Source: Dudresnaya verticillata (lineage: Eukaryota). Taken from it: a stretch of DNA of 64,000 nt. The position numbers and the translations under genes are program-made. The stretch is from contig OZ374561.1 of NCBI GenBank assembly GCA_977862235.1, positions 496,001 to 560,000 on the forward strand, written 5' to 3'. The notes beneath the pieces are model-generated. The model saw only the letters and a program-made list of their open reading frames with translations. It did not search any database and was not told the DNA's origin. This document shows, in pieces, positions 42,921-53,494 of the stretch (positions are counted from its first letter, which is position 1; each line of letters starts with the position of its first letter).

Positions 42921-43705
42921 TGTGGTGCAACGCCAAGGGGCCTTCGAAACGGGCGCAAACGACCGGGCCAAGTGGGACGGTCAGCCCAATCAGAAAGATA
43001 CATTTGGCCAACCGACGACAGTGCGGCCGAGCAGACGACGGTGAACACTGCGCAAGGAGCACACGTGTCCAACAAGTGTACACGTGTGTCACACGTGGCC
43101 ACCGACGACACCTAAGCGCACCACGTGGCCCGCTGTACACGTATGATCGGTGTGATCGGATCTGGAAGCAAGTGCGGAAAGGAAAATGGATTTGGCCGCA
43201 AGTGAAATCAAGCAGGAGACAGCAGAAAAATCAAGGGAAAATCTAACTCATTTGGCCAACCACTAACGAACAAGTACTTGGTTTAGACTGGTAAGGGTAC
43301 AACATTGGCCCGACACCGGTACACAAGTAGATATTATGGCCGACGGGGAGTAACCTCGGCCACTAACTGTAGCATACGTAGAATAGCTCTAGATTAGCTC
43401 TAGTGGCCGATTTTTGGGCCTACTTAGACGGCCACAGACTACGGCTCGGCCAGAATAGGTACGAAGCCGTCCCGCCAGAGGTTGGGAGTAAAGTTTTGCA
43501 ACCTTTCCCCAGCTCGGCCATTTTCCACTGCTCATCCAGGATTTTGGCCGCGACTTCGTCTGCGCGCTCCCGCTCTACCACGCTTGCTACCGGCGCGCAG
43601 GTCCGTTCTACGTTCGGCCAGTTTCTACGAAATCCGACCGATCTTCCTGGTCCTTTGGGGTCTCATCCCGGCGCCGCATTCGGTGGTGCCGCTCGAGATA
43701 CTACA
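42921..43705 (+). repeat. 3' LTR of inner element (785 bp)
   Basis: Direct repeat of 30426-31210, followed by TSD CTCGG. Confidence 0.97.
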
Positions 43706-45094
43706 CTCGGGATTGACCCTGATTCCATCCTTGCTAACCAACATCCCCAGGAACTCTGTCTCAGGTTGGAAGAAAGAGCACTTCTTCGGGGAGACGTAAA
43801 GTTCTTCAGACTGCAAGCGAGACAGCACTGTTTCAAGGTGCTTCAATTGTTCCTCCTTCGTGCGACTGTAGATCAACAAATCATCCATATAGACCACCAT
43901 AAAAACGTCAATACAGTCGTGGAACACCTGGTTCATAAGCGTTTGGAATGTAGCCGGAGCGTTGCACAGACCCATAGGCATGACGAGATATTCAAACTGT
44001 CCGTACTTAGTGTTGAAGGCGGTTTTCTCAACATCCTCCGGACGGACCCGTATCTGATGGAATCCCGTCTTGAGATCCAGCTTCGAGAAGTACTGTGCCC
44101 CTGCCAAACGGTCGAACATTTCATCCGGGCGTGGCAAGGGGGCGTTGTTTCGTTTTGTAAGGCGATTGAGAGCCCTGTAATCGACAACGGCCCTCAGTTT
44201 GTCCTTGTCCTTCACGAGAAATAAGGAAGCGCCGAAGGGAGATTTGCTTCTCCTGATTTTCCCTTTACGAAGTAGATCCACAACGTACTCCTTCACGGCG
44301 AGCAACTCGGCCGGAGATAGTTGGTACAACGGCCGCAAAGGCGGTTTTTCCCCCTCTTCTATCTCTATTGAGTGGTCGACGGTCCGCTTTGGGGGAAGTC
44401 CCGACGGAAGAGACTCTTGGAAAACGTCCTCAAAGCGTGACAAAAGATTCTCTAGCTGGGGGTCGTGGGACGGCTTGCGTTCTTGCTTGGATGGTGTCTT
44501 CTGAGTCACCTGGAAAACCTGGAAGTCTTGCCGGTTCCCTTTCTTCCGTAACATGGACCGAAACTTCTTTACCCCAAGCGAAGTGATAACTGGACCCTCT
44601 TCGCTGTCTTTCTCAATGGGTAAGTTGTCCTCATTAACGAAAACCGAATGCTTGGTGTAGTGAATACGGGGTGCAGTTCGCTTATGCCACGGCATACCAA
44701 GTAGAACATCATACCGACAATCTGCCACAACGAAGTTGGAACGATACTTGTGGTTCCCTAACCTCAACTCTGCATCTGTCACGAGCTGTGTGGCCTTTTC
44801 TACAGTACCTTTCTTAGAATGTGACATGACGGTGGATGTCGCTTTCACCACAAACAAGTTTGGGTTGCGAGACAGAAAGGACTTCGATACAACATTGGTG
44901 TTGCAGCCATCATCCTTCAATATGCGGACGGGAATAGAGTTTAGGAGCCCCTGAAATACGAGAAGCTCCGTAATCGGCACAGCCGATATTTCTGTAGACT
45001 TCCTTTGCCTGCGTTCCGTTCGCAGAGAGTGCACTCTTTTCTCAAGTCCTTCAGGAGTGTCTTTACTGTTCTGTGAAGGACTGACTAGTTTTCC
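43706..45094 (-). pseudogene. pol: Outer pol, 5' part (protease and most of RT), interrupted at ...GIRVNPE
   Basis: ILKDDGC and DVLLG (PR); VVDYRALN, MPMGLCNAPATFQ, YMDD (RT). Removing the insert and one TSD copy restores GIRVNPE-KVQVIHDWP in frame. Confidence 0.93.
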
Positions 45095-45915
45095 GAGTCA
45101 CCACTGTGCTCCTCGGTATCTTCGAAACCTTCCTCTTCATCGGCCTGGAAGTTATTGGCGGCAACCCCGTCGCCTTGGTGCTTCCACGGGCGGCAACCGA
45201 CTTTATGGCAAGTGAAGCACGCTTTGTTGCGATAATCTTTGAGTCGCTGACCCTCCAAGGCGCCACGTCCACGCCCACGTCCACGAACTCTGCCGCGTCC
45301 ACGTGATTCCATGTTCCCAATCTCCATGGGCGTGGGGCCTTGCGAGCTCGAACCGTCGCCTGAAGGCTGCATCTGAACGCCCCAGATTGCACTATCCACG
45401 CGCAGTGCAATCTTTGCCGCATCCTCGAATGTGGTCACGCTTGACTTCATCACTTCCAGCCTAACATCATATTTCAGACCGGCACTGAACTTATCCCACA
45501 TTTCCCCATCAGTCATACCCGGGACAGTGAGACAGACATTACGAAAGTCTGAGAGGTAGTTGGAGACTGAAGTTGTCTGCTTTAGCTTCCTAAGCTTGCC
45601 CCTGGCGCGACGGACGTGATCATCAGGCACGAACTCCGCAATTACCTTCGCCTTGAACTCGGCCCATGTAGCTGGGACGGTGTTTGCCTGAACGAGAGTG
45701 TACCACCAAACAGCAGCGGTACCAGTGAGGAAGGTAGAAGCGTAGAGAATCCTATTCCCGTCGCCAAGCTGTACTGCTGGGTTACTCAGCTGCACAAGAG
45801 CAAGATACTGCTCGACCTTGTAGATCCAGGTATTGACCACGAGATAATCCCGACGGCCATCGTAGGGTTCGGGCTTGTTGGGCTTCAGATTGATCGGACC
45901 TTGAGCTGCAGCCAT
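45085..45915 (-). CDS. gag: Gag of outer element
   Basis: KPEPYDG, LTGTAAVWW, TWAEFK, LKQTTSVSNYLSDF, PMEIG motifs typical of chromovirus-like Gag; RG repeat; knuckle-like C-terminus. First ATG 45915. Confidence 0.9.
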   Translation of the reverse strand: MAAAQGPINLKPNKPEPYDGRRDYLVVNTWIYKVEQYLALVQLSNPAVQLGDGNRILYASTFLTGTAAVWWYTLVQANTVPATWAEFKAKVIAEFVPDDHVRRARGKLRKLKQTTSVSNYLSDFRNVCLTVPGMTDGEMWDKFSAGLKYDVRLEVMKSSVTTFEDAAKIALRVDSAIWGVQMQPSGDGSSSQGPTPMEIGNMESRGRGRVRGRGRGRGALEGQRLKDYRNKACFTCHKVGCRPWKHQGDGVAANNFQADEEEGFEDTEEHSGDSEN

Positions 45916-45950
45916 TGCGGGGGCGTTATCAGTGAGATCGGTCACTGTGC

Positions 45951-45960
45951 GATGCTACCA
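45951..45960 (-). promoter_or_regulatory. Primer-binding site of outer element (initiator tRNA-Met-like)
   Basis: TGGTAGCATC 1 nt after the 5' LTR on the minus strand; TGGTAGC matches the 3' end of many eukaryotic tRNA-iMet (inferred). Confidence 0.65.
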
Positions 45961-45961
45961 C

Positions 45962-46410
45962 TGAAACAAACACCTTTTTTCTCAATGGATCGATGCCCTC
46001 CGTCGCCGGCGTGAAGGCCGAGCGACGACTGATAAAGTCCTCACTGTCTGAGCGACCCGAGGCAGGGTCGCTCAGAGACCCCAAACAAAGGGGTGAAGTC
46101 CGCCTTACATGGCTGACATCCTAAAATACAATTAAAACTGGACGGTGCGACCGCAACCGCAGGAGGAGCAGATCGGCGCAGCCGATCTGGAGGGAAGTCC
46201 CAAATGTAGCCAGAAATAAAAACAAAACAGATAAGCGGCAGCGCGCAGCGCCGCTCCCGGTGCGCTCGAACCCTACCCTCGAGCGCCACCGGAAGCAAAT
46301 CGGTGCTGGCGACCCCGCCAGGGCCACTTACGTCAGCCCGGCCGCGCCGGCCGGAGTACGAGTACGTATGATAAAAGAAACACGTGGGCTCACGTGGCAT
46401 GACCGTTTCA
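45962..46410 (-). repeat. 5' LTR of outer element (449 bp)
   Basis: Direct repeat of 27767-28215, flanked by TSD CTTCT. Confidence 0.97.
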
Positions 46411-49400
46411 CTTCTTAGCCGTGACCTACCGTTAAATTTGTGAAGATTATTTGAACCAAGAGCACTGCACAATAAAAAAAAAGAAGTGCAGTAGTGATAT
46501 CGCAGTGCCTCCAAGATTATAGGAATCCTCAGTGAATTTCAGCTTGATATACGATTTGTGTCTGGACAAAAGCAATTGTTGTATTGTCATGCTATTTTAT
46601 TTATTTTTGCTTAAGGCCTGAACGTTAGAAGTTCGGAGCTCTTTTAGAAAGAGAGCGCGACTAATGAACTACACGCCATGACATTAATGTTCATGTCGTG
46701 CACGTTGTGTAAGATTGATATTTTGAAGGAAGATGTGAATTGCATTAATGGTGACAGGAGTGCTATTATTGTTGATGACCCTGATTTGCGTGTCTCGCAT
46801 CTCGCAGTCGGCCCTTATTCCATAATATAGTACCACAAGCTCAGTAGTACAGTAGTACTGTAGTAGTAGTATGTAGGAAGTTATAATCGCAGAATGGCCA
46901 GCTGCTGACGACCTCTCGTGGGAGTGTCGTACAAAACCGATACAAACACATATCGAGAAGTTGGTTAAGAATTCGCTTTTTTTGTTATTCTATTGTTGTT
47001 ACAGTATCTATTAGTGCAGTTGTGTAGTACATGTACGTGCTACCAATTCAAATGTGGAAGCGTCAAATAGAACCCAGAAAGTTGACAAGAGCGGAGCTCT
47101 GACTGGTCATGCATTGTCAGCATTCTGCGTTGCTGGCGCTTGCCAAGGGTACAGTGGAACGGAAATGAAATTAGGCCGTATTGTTTTAACCTCAAGGCTC
47201 TCTAATTGCTGGTGTGTTTGATCCGGAACCCGTTGATGGCAATCAGGTACGCCACACATCAAACACTCGCCGCTCGTTGACAAAGTTTGCGAGCACATAT
47301 CCAAGTGTGATAATAAAAAAGAACAACGGGCCTCCTCCCGGCAGAAGGCCCCGTAAGATAAGGGTACCAGATGACACACCACAAGTTTTTTTTGGGCCAT
47401 TTATTTGAGAACGTGTACATCAGAGTGTGCGGATTGTTCATACAGTGGCAGCTAAGACGTTGTTTCGAGAATGAATGCTTTAAAAAAACAGGTTTAGGCT
47501 GGTGAAGAAAGAATATTAACTGGTACTGTCGCGACGCTAGTAACGCTGGACAACTACGAAGAAAAAGTACAGTATTGGAAGGATGGTGAGGTGAAGATGC
47601 ATTGTGCAGCGATGCTGTACTCGACCCATATCAAGATAATCTACAGACTCCATTAACGAGGATTATTACAACAGGATGTAAAACAGTAACTCCCAAGGAC
47701 GAGACGAAGCAGCGAGGAAAAATGTCTTGGGCAGGAGCAGGCTTAGGTCGGTTTGTGGATGGAGCAACTGACTCAATGAGTAAGTTATTTCTACAGTACT
47801 GTCTCTTTCTGAAGCACAGTATTTAAGCTCCGCCTTTCTTGAAGTATATCGCTCAGCAACAAATATACAGTACAGTAGTGAGAACAATACGTATAACTTT
47901 TGAAACTGGTGAGGAGCACAGACAAAGATCCACACAGGTGTTTAATTTTGGCCATACAATCAGACGTGTCTGCGGTTCTTTTGAGATAATCATAGCGAAG
48001 AGGAGACGATTCCGTGGTGTGGTACGGTAGCATGAAGGCGGAACGAGAATTAATAGGAAGGGGGTGGGGTGGATGCGAATGCGGGAAAAAGCGCAGAGGA
48101 GTGTTCTTGTCGCTCAAAGTAAGGTGAAGATGTGAACAGGGCGGGGGCAAAGGTTTGACAGGGATGCGGCATGTACATGTATGTGCACTGCGCTCGATTG
48201 CTCGATTGGAAGAAGGGGGGCTACTCGGCCGGCCAGGATACCGAAGCGGTGTCTCAAATTGTACGGCGCCAGCTAGTGCTTCGTTGTCAAAGACTGGAGC
48301 AATAGCTTTCAAGAAAGAATGGCTCCGCTCACTGGATGGACAGTGAGTTTTGAGGTGCAGCAAGTTGTATGCAGTCCATGCTGTTTTGTTTTTGTTATTT
48401 TGTTTTGTTCTGTCCATTTGTACAGTATCCCAATCTCAGGACTTGGGTAGGATGGTGAGAAAGTATTGGATGGAACTTGAGGGTTTGGGGGTCTTGCAGG
48501 ACAAAGAGTGGGGGTGAGGGCACGAGGCGTATCTTACCAGGAGGGTTTTGCTGGTAGTGTGGTGGGTATGGTTGGCTCACTGATACCTCTGGAGGTGAGC
48601 AGGCTCCGGGGTGCGTTGTCGAGAAGGTTGTGATTCGCCGTCAACAAGTCTAAAGACATTGGAAGCTGGATGATTCGTCATAATGCAGATAGTGCAGAAA
48701 AGAACGGACATTGACGAGCGGACTGCTGCTCAAAGTTGGGTAATAAGTTGAAGGTCGGAAAGGATTATATTGGGCTAGTGTCTTTCCAGGCGGTGACAAC
48801 AATGCTCTATTGTGTTAACAGGAAGCGCTCCTCTGGAAACCATGGGGCAGAAAAAATGCGTGGTACTGTGGCAAGGCGACTTTGGCGACGACGGGAAAGT
48901 GTTCGGGGCGTGGGCTTTGCGAAGTTTTGAGACGCGCGGTGCGGTCGCTGATCCGATGACAAATGGGGCTTGAGCGTAATGAAGTTCATGCAACTTTTTG
49001 CATCAAAGTGCGAAAGTGTTGAGTCGAAGAACGTGGGGGAGACAGCCCTACGAGGGCCCCGGGCGCGCACTTGTGATTGTCCACGTGCCGAAGATCGGAC
49101 CCGGTGGGGGTCAGCACGCGGCGGGGGCGCTAAAACGGCCGGCGGCAGCATCACGGTCAGCACACGCGGCAATAAAATGGGCTCGCGCTGGCCAATGCGG
49201 GCGCGCTGCCCGCCCGGGCATTACAGCGCGTGGGCGCCCCGCAAAGGGGAGCTATCCGCGCACATGCACTGCGGCGGCGCAATCGGGCGACGGGTGGACG
49301 CCCTTCGGGGCGCGACGAGCTCGCAACGGCGGCGTAGCCGTCTGCGGGCGGCGTAACGACCGACGGTGCGCGGCATCGGATGGCCAAGAAGCGCCGGTCG

Positions 49401-50142
49401 AACGGCTGCAAATTCGGCCCGCGGGGCGCGGCTGAGGGTTGGCGCGGTGCGGCCGCGGCCCGACTGCGCGGGGGTCGCCGCGCAGTCGGCGGCGCGTGGC
49501 CCCGTCCCGCGCGCTGATGCAATCTTGCACGCCGTGTCCGGCGCGGCGCGCCCCGCGCGCCGGGCCGCCCACTGCGGCGCCGAACCAGGCGCGCGACGCG
49601 CCGCGAGCTCGCGCCCGCCCGTGCCACACGGCGCGAGGTGCACGGAAATTGTTTGTGCGCGAGAGGGAAAAAAAGGGGACAGGTCACCCTCACAACGCGG
49701 CCGTCTTCCGCCACACGCGCGCGCATGGAGGCGGGTCTGTCTGCCCCGCTCGCGGCGTCTGTCTGCGCCAACGGCCCCAGCGGGGCACGCCCCCGTGCAC
49801 GCACGCGTGCCGAACAGCCCACCTCGCGAGCGGCATTGCCTGCCCACCCCGCACCCGTCTCGCCCCCAATGCCACCCCGTGCCCCCCTCCCTCCCCCCCC
49901 CTTCCCCCCCCCCCCACCCGCCGCCCCATCCCATCCATCGCGCCTCACACGCTCTCGCCACTCACCCCGGCTACCTTTTCTCACCTCACTCACCCCCCTC
50001 CCCCCCGCCCTACACGTCGCTGCACCGACCCGTGCCTCTTCACTACGCCTCCCGCCTTCGCCCACCTTTACCTTCTCAACCGTTCGTTTCGCTTCACTAC
50101 ACCTCAACCCCCCCTGTCCATACCCTCCCCCTGCGTGTCACA

Positions 50143-51687
50143 ATGGACTGGGTCACCCCGCGCGACGATACCGACGCGCTGCTGAACGACCTGTCCACGC
50201 GCGCCGCTTCGCAGCCCGGCGTCACGTCCGCCGCAGTGCCCGCAGCGGCGGCGGCGGCGGCGGCCGCCGCCGCCGCCGCCCCGGAGTTCTCCCCGCTGGT
50301 CACTGGCCTGCTAGGGTCGGGCACCACCCCGGCTGTAGCGGGCGAGTGGCCAATGCCGCACGTCACGCGCAACTCACGCAACGACTTCCGCTACGAGTTT
50401 TCGCTATCGGCTGGCCCAGAGTTTGACACCGAGTCGGTCGCTCCCGGCGACGATGACCGCGACCCGCGCGACGATGACAATATCTCTACCGACTTTCACC
50501 ACGGCGCTTCAACCAGCGAAGACACCTCGGTCGGTGTCGACGCCTCGGTCGGTACCGCGAAGGACCCCTTTGGCGACCCGGAAGACATCGCCGTCCTGCG
50601 CGCTTCCCCAGCCCTGTCCCCCGTCGAACAGGATGCTACCGCCCGCGACGACCCCAAGTCGGTGCCAAATCAGCGAACTGCTCAGCAGCCTGCGCTCGCG
50701 CAACGCCCTGGTAGTGAGAGAACTGACCCTGGGAGAAGCAGATCTAAATCACCGCCAAAACAGAGCACTACACCCCCAAAACCGGTCAAGGCCATTCAGA
50801 AGAAGAAGTCAACCACGGCTGCGAAAAAGCCTGCGAGCAAGCCTGCGTCGACCGGCCTTTCCGGTGCTTCTGCTACCGTGAGTGCAGGGACGTCGGCGAT
50901 ACAGAGTGGCACACTGTCGCATACCAAGATGTGCCGCGACCGTCTTAACAACATGTTCGAGCGTTTGCGACATACGTTGCCTCCAGCACCGACTGGCGTT
51001 GAGGTCAAGCATAAGGCTCAGGTCTTGGACTATGCAATCGCTGTCCTCAAGGGTATGGTTGATCGCACCTCGCAATTGGAGATCGAGCTTGCAGTTAGTA
51101 GCAACAAGGCCACTATGGAATGGATTTCGAAGCTTGTCAACAGGGTCGATACATTCCCAGAAGCTGCCGAGGAAGTCATGCGATTGTTTTGCAGGCGCCG
51201 AGGATGGATGCATGCGGAACTGTGGACTGCGGGAAAGCGCGCCGTGCCCTCCAATTCAGACCTGGAAGAGTCGACGATCCTTAACTTCTGCAGTTACGTA
51301 CCGAATGCTTTGCACGGCCGAAAGTCTGCCGGGCTCGAACAGTTTTCAAAAGAGTCCGAATCGTATGCGTTCAAGGCAAAGGAAGGCGTGCAAGGGCGTG
51401 TATGGTCATCTATGCGACCAGAATGGGTTACCGGGCTTTCCGACTCGAAGAATTTCAGGCGATCTAATCTGGCTCGTAAATATGGGCTCAAGGTATGTCT
51501 AGCTGTGCCTGTGACAATCACAGGCAAGATCGAAGCAATCATGTGCTTCTATGACGTCAAGCACAGACCTTACGATACGCAATGTCTGGAACTGGCGATG
51601 CGTTTGGCTTGGGCCCTTGGGAATGCTGTCGGCGGCAAGCGTGCTAAAGTCAGCGTCTTGACAACGTCGGGAACTTCCACCTCGTGA
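50143..51687 (+). CDS. bHLH transcription factor with C-terminal GAF-like domain (514 aa)
   Basis: HLH: RDRLNNMFERLRHTLP...KAQVLDYAIAVLK, followed by a zipper-like heptad. GAF-like: AELW...GVQGRVW...PEW...FRR...A...GL..CLAVPV. ATG 50143 follows a CT-rich leader. Confidence 0.82.
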   Translation: MDWVTPRDDTDALLNDLSTRAASQPGVTSAAVPAAAAAAAAAAAAAPEFSPLVTGLLGSGTTPAVAGEWPMPHVTRNSRNDFRYEFSLSAGPEFDTESVAPGDDDRDPRDDDNISTDFHHGASTSEDTSVGVDASVGTAKDPFGDPEDIAVLRASPALSPVEQDATARDDPKSVPNQRTAQQPALAQRPGSERTDPGRSRSKSPPKQSTTPPKPVKAIQKKKSTTAAKKPASKPASTGLSGASATVSAGTSAIQSGTLSHTKMCRDRLNNMFERLRHTLPPAPTGVEVKHKAQVLDYAIAVLKGMVDRTSQLEIELAVSSNKATMEWISKLVNRVDTFPEAAEEVMRLFCRRRGWMHAELWTAGKRAVPSNSDLEESTILNFCSYVPNALHGRKSAGLEQFSKESESYAFKAKEGVQGRVWSSMRPEWVTGLSDSKNFRRSNLARKYGLKVCLAVPVTITGKIEAIMCFYDVKHRPYDTQCLELAMRLAWALGNAVGGKRAKVSVLTTSGTSTS

Positions 51688-52355
51688 TTGCACCAATGGG
51701 TCTGTGCTGCTTCTTCGGACTGATGCATCCTTACCTTTTCGGCTTCCGGACGGGGCCGAAGCGTCTCGCTTTTAAGAGTCTTATATCTCTCTTCTACTCT
51801 CTCACCAACCGACCGATCGACCGACCAACAGAAACCCCACCCTCCCTCCCTCTATTTTCGGTTTTCGTGGATGCAGCTTCCTTGGACAGTGCTGCGCAAG
51901 TTTTTTTTTTGTACATTATTATCTGGTTGTGTTTGTGATATTGATGCTTTGGTCACTTTAGTAACGCCTCTGTCGGTGTTCGATAATAGTTACCGTATGC
52001 ACTCGCCGGTGCTTCCGGCGAGCGGAGTCGGGAACAATGAATGCTGGGCGAGGAGTTGCTGTGAGGGTCGAAGAAGCCCAGGACTGTCGGAGGCGGAAAT
52101 TTCCGCTCCGGTTTTGTACATTAGCCAATCAAGTTGCGAACTGCGAATTTTGTATCATATCGTCTTAGAATTAAAAGAAGAATCGCCGTATTCGCGGACG
52201 GTGCTACTCCAAATTCCTGCTCCGTGCCGCCCTGGAGCTCTGTTGACGCCTGCTCTGTGCACCTGTGCACCAAAACGCCATCACGGATCGTGGTCTCTAC
52301 AGATCTCAACGGTACGGCTCTCATCCTGTATCAAGACGCGTAGCTTGTTCGCGCA

Positions 52356-53331
52356 ATGAAGCTTTATAGCGATATTGGCAAGGTCGCTAAGAGTAAGATC
52401 ATGCTTGCATTCTTTCGATTTCTCGTAAGCAGCGAACGCACGATCTCTTCGTCGAAACCTGTCTCGATTCCATGTAGTCCTAACCCAGGCTCCGCATCGC
52501 CCGCATCGGGTGTTTCTCAATTGTGTTTCCGTAGAATTATTGTCTGATGATTACGTCTTCACGAACAAACTGAAGGTGTCAAGCAAGACCGATGATGGCA
52601 TCTCTTACACCATCGCGGGTGTGCAGAACGCGAAAGACGACGCCATTGATGCAGAGGTGAGTGGAAAGATCAAGTACCAGGGCGCCGCCTTCACTGGAAA
52701 GCTGTTCACAGGTGGTAAGGACCCAACAGCCGAGCTCAAGTACGAAACGAAAGATGCGCAGGACCGCAAGGTCTCCATGACTGGACTGGCGGGCCGCTCC
52801 GTTGCCACGACCTCTGTAGAACTCACGGGTGGTCCCCTAGGCGTCAAGGTCGGGGCTGACTTCCTCAAGTCCGACCTGTACGCTGCGGCTGCGCTTGCGC
52901 TATCCCCGGCCAGGTTCTCCGGGTTCGCCGTCGCTGGCGCGGAGGCCGAGTACAATATCACGGACAAGCAGGTTACGTCAACCAATTTTGCGCTCAGCTT
53001 CTTCGACGGGAAGGAAAGCGAGTGCACGATCCATGTGCTAGACAAAGCCAAGAAGGGAATGATCAGCTATTCGCACCATGTCCGTCCCGGATTTTCTGTT
53101 GGCGCGCAGATGACCTATGTTAGAGAGTCCAAGGACACCGTTCTGGCTATGGGGACAGCTTATCGCCTGGATGGGGCGACCACCGTGAAGGCAAAGCTTG
53201 ACTCCGAGGGATCTCTTGCGTTGTCGTACATTCAGGATATCCGTCCGAGCACGACTTTGATAATGTCTTCCAAATTCGATACGAAGAAGCTGGACTCAGC
53301 AAAGCTTGGCATTTCGTTGACAGTAGAGTAG
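52356..53331 (+). CDS. VDAC: Mitochondrial porin (VDAC), 2 exons
   Basis: Exons 52356-52392 and 52535-53331; intron 52393-52534 (GTAAGA...TAG, branch CCTAAC). Spliced N-terminus MKLYSDIGKVAKKLLSDDY; C-terminal TTVKAKL...KLGISL beta-signal. Confidence 0.92.
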
Positions 53332-53494
53332 CTAGCCCAACATGGGAAGAATGTATCTGCTCTTCCCAGATGTTACATTTTGTCTAGCATAGGGCATAGC
53401 TGTTATCGAAAGCTCGTTCTATTCTTGAGAAACCAATCGGCTCTTTAACACATAAACTCACTTTGGTCAGTATGGGATTGGACCAAGTTCAGTG

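Larger units (their letters stand above)
30426..43705 (+). mobile_element. Inner 13.28-kb Ty3/Gypsy chromodomain LTR retrotransposon with antisense accessory ORF
   Basis: LTRs 30426-31210 and 42921-43705 (TG...CA), TSD CTCGG (30421-30425, 43706-43710), PBS, gag, pol, extra ORF, short PPT. Confidence 0.97.
27767..46410 (-). mobile_element. Outer Ty3/Gypsy chromodomain-bearing LTR retrotransposon (~5.36 kb once the nested insert is removed)
   Basis: Direct LTRs 27767-28215 and 45962-46410 (TG...CA, terminal IR TGAAAC/GTTTCA), 5-bp TSD CTTCT (27762-27766, 46411-46415), PBS, PPT, gag, PR-RT-RH-IN-chromo order. Confidence 0.97.

Noticed and set aside
42709..43140. N-terminal 144 codons of the 1284-aa ORF
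   Set aside because: Starts at a GTG inside the LTR; the first ATG is 42708 after a leader-like tract, so the extension is treated as non-coding.
49366..50142. 259-codon N-terminal extension of the bHLH ORF and overlapping Arg/Ala/Gly-rich ORFs
   Set aside because: Non-ATG start, and stop codons are scarce in GC-rich DNA; no domain signal.
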